Part shown: positions 18,443-27,305 of the stretch, one piece after another
Layout: each line of letters begins with the position of its first letter
How positions within the stretch are numbered: position 1 is the stretch's first letter
NCBI GenBank assembly: GCA_021777565.1
Contig: JAJYDJ010000003.1
Coordinates: forward strand, 65,001-129,000
Length of the DNA stretch: 64,000 bases
Direction: 5' to 3'
Origin: a bacterium
Lineage (GTDB): Bacteria; Patescibacteriota; Microgenomatia; Levybacterales; UBA12049
Made by a program: the position numbers and the translations under genes
Notes under the pieces: model-generated
What the model was told of the DNA's origin: nothing
Seen by the model: only the letters and a program-made list of their open reading frames with translations
Database searches by the model: none

Positions 18443-20603
18443 ACTTATGAGAAAGAAAGATATTGCACCAATAAGATTATTAAAAAGCCCTTTTGGGGCA
18501 TATAGAAATCGACGAATCGTTGGTGATATAAAATCTGAGATTAAAGAGATCTTGCGTAAAAAATCGTTAGCTGAGAAAGGACTCGCGAGTGAAAGAAGCA
18601 AATTCTCTCAATTGAAAGCGAAAACGGAACATCTATACGATATTTATTCTGGCCTTGAAGCATTGAAACAGCTACATAAGCTTCCTCCTCAAAAGGCAGA
18701 GAACAAAGCTATAGAAATATTAAAGGCTGAAATTAAGCGCCTTGAAGCATTAGTGACACTCCAAAGAGAAGAATTAACCAAGAATTTTTATGAAAATCCT
18801 CTTCTCGGGATCCACAAGCCTGTATTTGAGAGATCATACAATCCTATACGTTTCGTTACCAATCTTGTTCACTATAACAAAGAAAAACAAATCTATAACA
18901 AAGTCGTAAACGAGTCAAAGCACGCTGAATACAACAATATCATTGGAAAAGAAGCTAATCATATTCATGTCTCAAATAATGGCACCAGACAATATAAAAG
19001 CGAACAACTGATTGAGAAACAGCAATACATTGAACTTGGAGATAAACTTGTTGCAACGTACTATCTTGCTGATATTCCCGCATATTTAAACCCGTATTCA
19101 TTTTTCAAACTCATTAGCTCATCTCTTCCTTTTACTATCAGCATGTTTATTAAACCAACAGTAAATAGTTCACTCATTAAAATTGCACGTCAGCGATTAT
19201 CTGTGCTTGAGATGCAACAAAAAGAACGTGTGAATAAAGGCAAATTACGTGATGTTGAAACAGATAAACATATTGAGGAAACTTCTGCCTTCCTTGAAGA
19301 CTTAGTGCATGAGCTCGAGAGAGGTATTGAATATAGACTCTTTCTGTCCTTAGAAGCAAAAGATAAAGATGAACTCAAAAGATTACACAAGGAATTACGT
19401 AATGTCGCTGATGCTATGGAGTTTTCCTTTGCACGGTTCTTATATGGGCAGAAAAAGGCATTTGAAGCAACATTACCATTCAATACAAATCTCTTCGTTC
19501 ATAATCGTGTTATCCAGTCATCGGGAGCCGCCTATCTTATGCCATTTATTACAAAACAAATTCACGATCCTGAGGGTGTGTTTCTTGGAATTAATGCATA
19601 TTACGATAGTTTGGTATTTCTGAATCCATCTAGTGTAAGAAATAGCAATGTAAACATTCTAGGAGTATCAGGAGCAGGTAAATCTGTAACTGCGAAAGCA
19701 TTAGCAACACGACTGTATACTCGAGGGACACAAGTCATTATTATTGATCCCGAAGGCGAATATGTTGAATTTGCCAAGGCACTTGGGGGAGAAGTAGTTC
19801 AGTTCTCACGAAAAAATGGTATCAATCCATTCTCACTACGTAGCAAGGAAGAAGATGCTATCTTAGACCATGTAACTATCCTTAAAACGTTCTTCAAATC
19901 ATTCATCCCCGATGACACCTATGATAGCGCCGTACTTGATCAAGTTCTTGTATCGCTGTATAAGAATAGTGAACCAACATTCGAAAATTTCCTCAAATCA
20001 CTCCAGAAAGACCCCATGCACAAATACCTTAATGTGCTCAGTGAAGGCAGCTTACAAGGCATCTTTAACGCAAAACGAGAATTAGAGCTTACTAACGATC
20101 TTATTGTCTTTGATATTTCTCCACTCGGAGACACCGAGAAGAAGGCACCAGCAATGTATCTTCTTACAAGCCTCATTTGGCAACTAGTGAATAAGAAAAG
20201 TGATCGTAAACGAATGTTATTCATAGATGAAGCACATAAATTACTCAAAGACCGTGAAGTAGCAATTTTTTACAGGGAAATGGTTAAACAGGCAAGAAAA
20301 AGAAATTTAGGTGTGGTATCTATTACCCAGGATGTTGAGGATTTTCTTCATGGAGAGTTCGGAAAAGCAATTATCACCAATTCTGAAACAAAGATATTTC
20401 TCAAACAGTCATATGCTACTCTCAATCTCCTCAAGGATATTTTTCCTATGACACAGGAAGAGAGACAACAGTTGGGAAACTTGAATATTGGAGAAATGAT
20501 CCTCTTTCGAGAAAATGAACACATGAGAGTAGATTTTATGGTACTTCCTCACGAAGAACCATTTATCTTCCCCAAAACATATGCAGAAAATTCATCAGAG
20601 TAA
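18414..20603 (+). CDS. VirB4/TrbE/CagE-family type IV secretion ATPase
   Basis: Walker A is ILGVSGAGKSVTAKAL. IIIDPEGEY is present. Walker B is MLFIDEAHKLL. The protein is 729 aa. Confidence 0.9.
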   Translation: MHIVNHNYSRLMRKKDIAPIRLLKSPFGAYRNRRIVGDIKSEIKEILRKKSLAEKGLASERSKFSQLKAKTEHLYDIYSGLEALKQLHKLPPQKAENKAIEILKAEIKRLEALVTLQREELTKNFYENPLLGIHKPVFERSYNPIRFVTNLVHYNKEKQIYNKVVNESKHAEYNNIIGKEANHIHVSNNGTRQYKSEQLIEKQQYIELGDKLVATYYLADIPAYLNPYSFFKLISSSLPFTISMFIKPTVNSSLIKIARQRLSVLEMQQKERVNKGKLRDVETDKHIEETSAFLEDLVHELERGIEYRLFLSLEAKDKDELKRLHKELRNVADAMEFSFARFLYGQKKAFEATLPFNTNLFVHNRVIQSSGAAYLMPFITKQIHDPEGVFLGINAYYDSLVFLNPSSVRNSNVNILGVSGAGKSVTAKALATRLYTRGTQVIIIDPEGEYVEFAKALGGEVVQFSRKNGINPFSLRSKEEDAILDHVTILKTFFKSFIPDDTYDSAVLDQVLVSLYKNSEPTFENFLKSLQKDPMHKYLNVLSEGSLQGIFNAKRELELTNDLIVFDISPLGDTEKKAPAMYLLTSLIWQLVNKKSDRKRMLFIDEAHKLLKDREVAIFYREMVKQARKRNLGVVSITQDVEDFLHGEFGKAIITNSETKIFLKQSYATLNLLKDIFPMTQEERQQLGNLNIGEMILFRENEHMRVDFMVLPHEEPFIFPKTYAENSSE

Positions 20604-21339
20604 TCACTTCACAGAAATCGTCTCAGTTATAGATGGTCCCCTACAAGCGATCCTTAATAGCTTAGTACGCATTTTTCTCACGATGTTCCTCCCTTTCCCT
20701 ATTCCAGATGAAATTATCATGGAGCTCAGAGCATCAATACTCCAAATTCTTTTTATATTACTTCTTGTTCTTATTCTCACTGTCGTCAGCCTTATTGGCA
20801 TTTTCACTCTTCCATTAACACACCAAGTCACGACAATTGCTCCAGCAAGCGATAGCTCTTTCTCTGGGACAGATGTACCGTTTCAGAACCCATTAGGGGG
20901 AATTGGACTATCTTTTGTGCGTATTACTGCATACTTCCATGATAGTGACTATTACGCTCAATTTGGATTATGGCATGAAGGAGTAGATTTCGTACCATCT
21001 GACGCATATTACAAACAAAGTACAGCATATAATGCTCCTAAGAACGTTAATCATGACATTGATGTTTTCTCAACAATTAATGGTGTGGTAACTTATTATC
21101 AGGACCAATACGGATCACACACTATTGAGGTTTTAAACAATGAAGGGACACTAAAGGTTATATTTATGCATTTGAACGACGTATTTGTGAGTACAGGACA
21201 GTCCATAACTGCCGGAACACCGGTGGGAACCATGGGAGATACAGGCTTCTCAACAGGAGAACATTTACATTACCAAATAGATATAAGTAATAATGATTCA
21301 TGGACACCCATTGATCCTTTGGGATATATAAAACAATGA
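20581..21339 (+). CDS. M23-family metallopeptidase (cell-wall hydrolase of the transfer apparatus); start uncertain
   Basis: GTMGDTGFSTGEHLHYQI matches the M23 HxH region, with the HxxxD region further upstream. There is an N-terminal TM segment. An internal Met at ~20719 is a plausible start. Confidence 0.8.
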   Translation: MQKIHQSNHFTEIVSVIDGPLQAILNSLVRIFLTMFLPFPIPDEIIMELRASILQILFILLLVLILTVVSLIGIFTLPLTHQVTTIAPASDSSFSGTDVPFQNPLGGIGLSFVRITAYFHDSDYYAQFGLWHEGVDFVPSDAYYKQSTAYNAPKNVNHDIDVFSTINGVVTYYQDQYGSHTIEVLNNEGTLKVIFMHLNDVFVSTGQSITAGTPVGTMGDTGFSTGEHLHYQIDISNNDSWTPIDPLGYIKQ

Positions 21340-21716
21340 TAAAACTATTTCTAAGACATACAATAGGCACAAAAGTTTTTCTCTATACGAGCGCAATACT
21401 TATTTTCATAATATGGTTTATTTACTTCCATATCATGGAGTACCACTATTGGCTCCAATCTGAGTGGCGTGTCTTTCTTTCTGCATTTATCCTTCTTTTG
21501 TCAGAAGGATTTATCTTTTTTTTGAATCAAAAATGCCGAAGTAAGAAAGAAGAAAAGCAATGGGATTTGATTACATCCATACCCAGAGAAGAGACAGAGA
21601 CACATCATATTCACACTATTGCTGATGGGATGAAGAAAGAATCGCAAAAAGAGGCAACGATTGCCTTTCACGAAGATATCCAGAAAAGAGAGGAGAAAGC
21701 ATGGAAAATACTTTAA
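21336..21716 (+). CDS. hypothetical membrane protein
   Basis: 126 aa with 2-3 TM helices, in the operon with the T4SS genes. Confidence 0.4.
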   Translation: MIKLFLRHTIGTKVFLYTSAILIFIIWFIYFHIMEYHYWLQSEWRVFLSAFILLLSEGFIFFLNQKCRSKKEEKQWDLITSIPREETETHHIHTIADGMKKESQKEATIAFHEDIQKREEKAWKIL

Positions 21717-22483
21717 ATCCAAGACAGAGACAAAGATTAAAAATTGCAGTGATCATCATATCACTTCTATTTTTGCTTGGATACTTCTTTTTTCTATTCA
21801 GTAGGCATGATACGAACGAACAACAGCAAAACCCTGACCAAGTGGTATTTCAACAACCACTTCTCCAAGTTTTTCAATATAAGGAAACACTCAATACATA
21901 CCCCGATGCTATCCGTATACATTATCCCTATCTTTTAGTTGTTAGACCAAATGAAGGAACTACACAAATCTACAATTTACAGCAGAAAACTAAAGATAAA
22001 AAAACTAATGCAGTTCTTCTTGATTATTACGAAGAAATCGAAATATATAACAAAGCAGGCAAAACATACGTCGACAATACAAACCTCAATGTACTTTGTA
22101 CGCTTGCTTTCATGAAGACGAAGCAAGATGTTCTGTGCGTTACCAAACTTGACAGTAACAAACCTGACGTTTCTCTTATTGAGATTGATACAAATACTCT
22201 TACACAAAAAATATTACATACCTCACACATGCTCATTACCGCAATATACTATGCAAATAGTACAATATATCTAGGAGAATATGATCCAGTAATTCAAAAA
22301 TCATTTATCTCAACAAATAACGACACTATTCCTGTACCTGACTGGATTAATATTATCTATCCTATGAATAGCCAGATATACCTTGCCTCTTTTAAGAGTG
22401 TAAGAAATAACAATAAAGAATCTTACAGTTTATTCCAAAACAATAATATAAACTTGATAACACAAGGTGAAATTAGGTTCTAA
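21701..22483 (+). CDS. hypothetical N-terminally anchored extracytoplasmic protein
   Basis: 260 aa with a single N-terminal TM helix and an Asn/Thr-rich exported domain. Confidence 0.4.
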   Translation: MENTLNPRQRQRLKIAVIIISLLFLLGYFFFLFSRHDTNEQQQNPDQVVFQQPLLQVFQYKETLNTYPDAIRIHYPYLLVVRPNEGTTQIYNLQQKTKDKKTNAVLLDYYEEIEIYNKAGKTYVDNTNLNVLCTLAFMKTKQDVLCVTKLDSNKPDVSLIEIDTNTLTQKILHTSHMLITAIYYANSTIYLGEYDPVIQKSFISTNNDTIPVPDWINIIYPMNSQIYLASFKSVRNNNKESYSLFQNNNINLITQGEIRF

Positions 22484-22539
22484 TTATATGGCACAAAATA
22501 CTTGCGGCTTTTTTTCCAAAACTAGTATATAATCTTTTT

Positions 22540-23652
22540 ATGAGAAGCTTTGTGGCTAACAATTTAACTTTTACCTCAATACTATCAAATGCACCTAAAT
22601 TAGTGTCTCTTTTTTCTGGCTGCGGTGGATTAGACCTTGGATTCAAGATGGCAGGATATGAAATAGTTTGGGCAAATGATTTTGATCATTGGTCGTGTGA
22701 GACTTATAAAAGAAATTTTGGTGACCATATTTTAGAAGGAGATATTACTAAAATAAATTTTGATGAAATTCCTGACGCAGATATCATAACTGGTGGATTT
22801 CCATGTCAAGATTTCTCCATGATATGGAAGCGTGAAGGCTTAGGGACAGAAAGAGGCAATCTATATACTTACTTCGTTAAAGCAGTTAAAACAAAAATGC
22901 CAAAAGTTTTTGTAGCAGAGAATGTAAAGGGGTTGTTAACAGCTAATGGAGGAAAAGCTATACAACAAATTGTAAATGATTTTGCAAAATTAGGGTATAA
23001 GATAAATATTGATCTATATAACTTTGCCGAGTATGGAGCACCCCAACTGAGAGAGAGAGTACTAATTGTTGGTGTTAGATCTGATTTGGAATTTTCATTT
23101 AAAAAACCAGAGCCTTTGAGGAATAGTTGGAATTATATGACAGCTGGGGAAGCCCTCTTAGGGGTAGAGAAAGTGAACTACAACAATGAACATCAGAATA
23201 TAAAAGAGAAAACAAAAGAGATGCTTAAGTTAATTCCAGAAGGTGGTAACTTCAGCTCAATTCCTAAAGATAGTCCATATTACGTAAAAGGCATGATTAG
23301 TCACGTGTACCGAAGGCTCCACCGCAACAAGCCCTCTACAACTATTATTGCTGGTGGTGGTGGTGGGACATGGGGGTATCATTACGAAGAACCACGTCCG
23401 TTGACTAATAGAGAAAGAGCTCGTTTGTTTGGTTACCCAGATAATTTTGTGTTCGAAGGATCAATAAGTGAAGTTCGTCATCAAATTGGTAATTCTGTCC
23501 CTCCTATTGCCGCTAAAGTTGTTGCACAGCAATTGCTCCCAGCATTCGAAGCAAATTCTATTGTTGTAGTAAATTCAAAGAATGAAGTTGATTATACTCA
23601 AAAAATTGAAAGTACTTTGAATCTAAAACAATTTACGTTTGCGTTAGGATAA
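22540..23652 (+). CDS. DNA (cytosine-5)-methyltransferase
   Basis: Motif I is LFSGCGGLDLGF. Motif IV is GGFPCQDFS. Motif VI is ENVKGL. Motif X is QIGNSVPP. Confidence 0.9.
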   Translation: MRSFVANNLTFTSILSNAPKLVSLFSGCGGLDLGFKMAGYEIVWANDFDHWSCETYKRNFGDHILEGDITKINFDEIPDADIITGGFPCQDFSMIWKREGLGTERGNLYTYFVKAVKTKMPKVFVAENVKGLLTANGGKAIQQIVNDFAKLGYKINIDLYNFAEYGAPQLRERVLIVGVRSDLEFSFKKPEPLRNSWNYMTAGEALLGVEKVNYNNEHQNIKEKTKEMLKLIPEGGNFSSIPKDSPYYVKGMISHVYRRLHRNKPSTTIIAGGGGGTWGYHYEEPRPLTNRERARLFGYPDNFVFEGSISEVRHQIGNSVPPIAAKVVAQQLLPAFEANSIVVVNSKNEVDYTQKIESTLNLKQFTFALG

Positions 23653-23654
23653 TT

Positions 23655-24713
23655 ATGGCACTTTTATTTTCTAATTTTCCACCACTAAGAACATCTTATC
23701 CTACATATTCTTCCATTTTTAAAGAAAATTTGCAGGTATCAGAAAAGGTGAAAATTGCAACAGGGTATATCTCGTCAGATTCTGCAATAGATTTGAAGCG
23801 CATTATAGAAGACAACAATGGGCCTCATGTTGAGTTATGTGTTGGGATGCAATATTTTGATGGGTTGAACCCAGCTCAAAAAGATGCTTTAGAAAGTTTA
23901 AATACTTCACTGCAAAACAATAACTTAGGAAGAGTATATATGGTAACAACATTCCCATTTCATGGAAAGGTTGTATCCTTTTCAAGGAAAGACACTGTAA
24001 CCTGTTCTATCATCGGATCGTCAAACTTATCAAATATAATTGATGACTGTAGGCAATATGAAGCTGATTATCTATTCAATCAATGCAAGGAGTCTGATGA
24101 ACTCGATCAATTTATCAAAAAATTAATAACAGTCTCGTCACAACCCTTAGAAGGGCTTCAATTAAAGATCATCGAGCCAAATAATGATCTTCTTGCTAAT
24201 CAAATGGGGGTACAGAAATTGACTCTTAAAGATGTACAAAATGCTATGCAGAACCTATCAGATCTAAAATTTCAAATTCCATTAAAAGGCAATGAAGCTC
24301 CCAAAAGTAGCCTTAATCCTTTTTTCGGAGAGGGGAGAAAGAATATTCAAGGATTCATTATACCTCGGCCTTGGTATGAAGTTGAACTTATTGTTCCTAA
24401 GTCAATCACACAATCTGATGGATATCCTAATTCAAAAATTACTCAGGACAATTCATTTCCAGTAATTACGGATGATGGATGGTCATTTCAATGTAAAGTA
24501 AGTGGCGATTACAGCAAGAACTTTCGTTCATGTAATGATTTAAAGATTCTAGGCAAATGGATAAAGGGAAGACTTGAAAACGCTGGAGCATTAAAACCAG
24601 GAGAACTTGTAACAGATACGACTTTTTATAAATATGGACGATCAAGTATCGATTTTACTAGAATAAAAAATTCTGAGAGTTGGTATTTGGATTTTGGAGT
24701 TAATAATGGATAA
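23655..24713 (+). CDS. PLD-superfamily nuclease, candidate restriction endonuclease (NgoFVII/BfiI-like)
   Basis: FHGKVVSF...IIGSSNLSN resembles the PLD HxK...GSxN signature. The size (352 aa) matches BfiI-type enzymes. It starts 3 nt after the MTase stop. Confidence 0.45.
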   Translation: MALLFSNFPPLRTSYPTYSSIFKENLQVSEKVKIATGYISSDSAIDLKRIIEDNNGPHVELCVGMQYFDGLNPAQKDALESLNTSLQNNNLGRVYMVTTFPFHGKVVSFSRKDTVTCSIIGSSNLSNIIDDCRQYEADYLFNQCKESDELDQFIKKLITVSSQPLEGLQLKIIEPNNDLLANQMGVQKLTLKDVQNAMQNLSDLKFQIPLKGNEAPKSSLNPFFGEGRKNIQGFIIPRPWYEVELIVPKSITQSDGYPNSKITQDNSFPVITDDGWSFQCKVSGDYSKNFRSCNDLKILGKWIKGRLENAGALKPGELVTDTTFYKYGRSSIDFTRIKNSESWYLDFGVNNG

Positions 24714-26598
24714 TCACCTTACAAATTATCTTAAAATACTTGAGCAAACATCTTCAGATGCTGTATTGTCAGTAAAAAATACCGTAGAGAAAATTATTCC
24801 AGAACATATAGAATCATTTACACATAAGGAACATATTAGAGGTTTACTGTTAGGGCAAGTGCAAAGCGGTAAAACAAGTCAAATGCTCGGTATTATCGCT
24901 GCTACAGCTGATATAGACAATGGTTTCAAAATATTTGTTCTTCTTACAACCGATAATACTGCTTTACAGCAACAAACTCTGAAAAGAGCACTTGCCTCCA
25001 TGGACACATTCAATGTATGTGATGAGCACGATGAGATGCGCTTTATGGAAGGTGGTATTCGTAAACCATCTTTAATTGTTCTGAAGAAAAATTCGAGTAT
25101 CCTAAAAACGTGGAGGAATATTCTAGGTTCATCGGAACTCAATAAAGGTCGACCAATATTCTTGGTTGATGATGAAGCTGACGCTGCTAGTCTTAATACA
25201 CTAGTTAACAAACAAGAACAAAGTGCAATTAATACACATTTAGAGGCCATATTAAAACTTTTTACAAGTAGTGTTTATCTACAGGTAACGGCAACCCCCC
25301 AATCATTGTTTTTACAAACCGAAGAATCTGGTTGGAAACCTTCATTCGTACACTACTTTCCTCCAGGTAAAAATTATTTAGGCGGGAACTTTTTTTATAC
25401 AAAACCAAAACCATTTACAAACAGATTTACTCAAGATGATGAACTACAAGTCCTCTTAAGAGAGAAATTCATTGCCGATGGACTTAAGCTTGCCATAGAA
25501 AACTTCCTTATAACCTCATCACATCTTACATTGGGGTCTGAATCAAGTGTTTGTAACTTTCTAGTACATCCTAGTGTAAAAATTGACGATCATGAAAAGA
25601 TTAAATCAAAAGTCGTTGACTATCTCAATTATATATTCTCATCTCTTGATTCCAAAGACGTTATTTCTAGACTTAAACATGCGTGGGATGATCTGAAAAC
25701 ATCAAAGCCAGATCTTATTGCATTCGAAGATATTGTGAGTTTTTTGGCAACAAAACCAGAAATAACTGTTATTACAATGAACTCTGGACCAAAGAGTGAT
25801 GCACATTTGACCTATGATGAAGGTCTCAATATTGTTATTGGAGGAAATAGTTTAGGAAGAGGGGTCACATTCAAATGCCTTCAAACAGTTTATTATTGTC
25901 GATCTTCTAAAATACCTCAGGCAGATACTTTCTGGCAACATAGCAGAATGTTTGGTTATGATAGAGACCCTTTACTTATGAGAGTTTTTATGCCACAAGC
26001 GTTATTTAATATGTTCTCAGAGATCAATGATTCAAATGAGATTCTTATCAAGCAAATTGAAGAGAACAAGTTTGATGAAATTCAAATAGTAACTAGTAAT
26101 AAAATTAAACCTACTAGGAAAAATGTTATAGATCAAGATAGATATAATTATCTCGTAGGGGGTGTTAATTACTTTCCACCATATCCTGATCAAGACAACC
26201 TTGCTCTTATGGATAACATTCTGAATAATTTTGATTCAACGAAGAAAGTACATGATATAACAATCGATGATTTGGTGAAAATAGTTTCTAACCTAAAATC
26301 TGATCTATCAAATAGCTGGTCGATTGAATCATTTGTAAATGCATTACTTGCTGTAAAAGCTCAGAGAGGTACTCCTAACCTGGCAAAGCTTATTATCAGA
26401 AGAGACAGAGATATTGGATATGGGACAGGTACTATGCTATCCCCTGATGATAGACAACTAGGAAATGATATTGAGAACCTTCCTGTAATTACTTTCTATA
26501 GGATTAATGGGCAAAAGGAGAAAAACTGGCAAGGACATCCATTCTGGATGCCTAATATAAAACTTCCAATAGGGAAGGTTTTCCATAGAGTGGATTAG
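24694..26598 (+). CDS. Z1-domain P-loop ATPase (R-M-associated)
   Basis: GLLLGQVQSGKTSQMLG is the Z1-type Walker A. A DEAD-like LVDDEAD is present. It overlaps the nuclease gene by 20 nt. Confidence 0.5.
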   Translation: MELIMDNHLTNYLKILEQTSSDAVLSVKNTVEKIIPEHIESFTHKEHIRGLLLGQVQSGKTSQMLGIIAATADIDNGFKIFVLLTTDNTALQQQTLKRALASMDTFNVCDEHDEMRFMEGGIRKPSLIVLKKNSSILKTWRNILGSSELNKGRPIFLVDDEADAASLNTLVNKQEQSAINTHLEAILKLFTSSVYLQVTATPQSLFLQTEESGWKPSFVHYFPPGKNYLGGNFFYTKPKPFTNRFTQDDELQVLLREKFIADGLKLAIENFLITSSHLTLGSESSVCNFLVHPSVKIDDHEKIKSKVVDYLNYIFSSLDSKDVISRLKHAWDDLKTSKPDLIAFEDIVSFLATKPEITVITMNSGPKSDAHLTYDEGLNIVIGGNSLGRGVTFKCLQTVYYCRSSKIPQADTFWQHSRMFGYDRDPLLMRVFMPQALFNMFSEINDSNEILIKQIEENKFDEIQIVTSNKIKPTRKNVIDQDRYNYLVGGVNYFPPYPDQDNLALMDNILNNFDSTKKVHDITIDDLVKIVSNLKSDLSNSWSIESFVNALLAVKAQRGTPNLAKLIIRRDRDIGYGTGTMLSPDDRQLGNDIENLPVITFYRINGQKEKNWQGHPFWMPNIKLPIGKVFHRVD

Positions 26599-26633
26599 TT
26601 GTTTTATTTATCAACCGCGAGTTATCATAAATA

Positions 26634-26978
26634 TCAGTTTCTACTCTCAATTCTAGTCCTTATTCTCGCCCTATTCTGCTCATGTTCAGCAACTACCTCC
26701 TTATATTGATCCTCTCCTCCCATAACTGCGGCTAGATATAGCATACCAAAGTCAATTCCATACTTTGCAGTATAGTAACCACCAAGTTCAGCGAAAGGAC
26801 TAAGCTTTTCCTTACCACCTTTTGTCTCCTTCTGAACTTTCTTTATAAATTCTACATCTTCTGGTGGAACTTGCCCAATAAAGGCCAATTCAACAAGATT
26901 GATCTGATTTTGGGTTAACACAATCTTATCTTCAGATAAAATCTCAATATCGTTCATTTTGTTTTTCATTGACTTCAT
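26634..26978 (-). CDS. hypothetical protein
   Basis: 114-aa ORF, convergent with the R-M block. It is the last gene before the AT-rich gap that precedes the core chromosome genes. Confidence 0.4.
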   Translation of the reverse strand: MKSMKNKMNDIEILSEDKIVLTQNQINLVELAFIGQVPPEDVEFIKKVQKETKGGKEKLSPFAELGGYYTAKYGIDFGMLYLAAVMGGEDQYKEVVAEHEQNRARIRTRIESRN

Positions 26979-27305
26979 TATACAATACTCTTGTAGGAAT
27001 TACGTTTACAGCCATAAGCATCCATTAGTTTAAATATCCAGACTAGAAGCGGTTCGATGGTGTTTGCATTGAGTCTGCACTTTTCACACCTTTTAGCCTC
27101 AAAATAGCCTATAATCTTGACCCAGTACCCCTACATATGGTATACTACCGTTAGCAGATTGAGAGAAATGATCTGCTTAATAAGCAGTATATTTGATTAG
27201 ATAAGTAAAAGATAAAAGTAATAGAAATTTTAATATCCGTATCTTTCTTCACTAACTCCAAATCATCTTCATTAAGCAGTTCCTTTTTTCTCAACTGCAT
27301 AGTAT

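Larger units (their letters stand above)
347..27100 (+). mobile_element. integrative (conjugative-like) element inserted at tRNA-Glu: serine integrase + T4SS-like module + cargo operon + R-M system
   Basis: The integrase overlaps the tRNA 3' end. The block contains coupling ATPase, VirB4, VirB6-like, pilin-like and M23 peptidase genes. The gene content is accessory-like, followed by an abrupt switch to housekeeping genes after ~27300. The right boundary is not resolved, since serine integrases leave no long direct repeat. Confidence 0.5.

Noticed and set aside
26979-27305. Direct repeat of the tRNA-Glu 3' end marking attR
   Set aside because: Only a 7-nt match (CCCCTAC) was found by eye. The element uses a serine recombinase, which does not generate long direct repeats. 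The match is reported only as a weak candidate.
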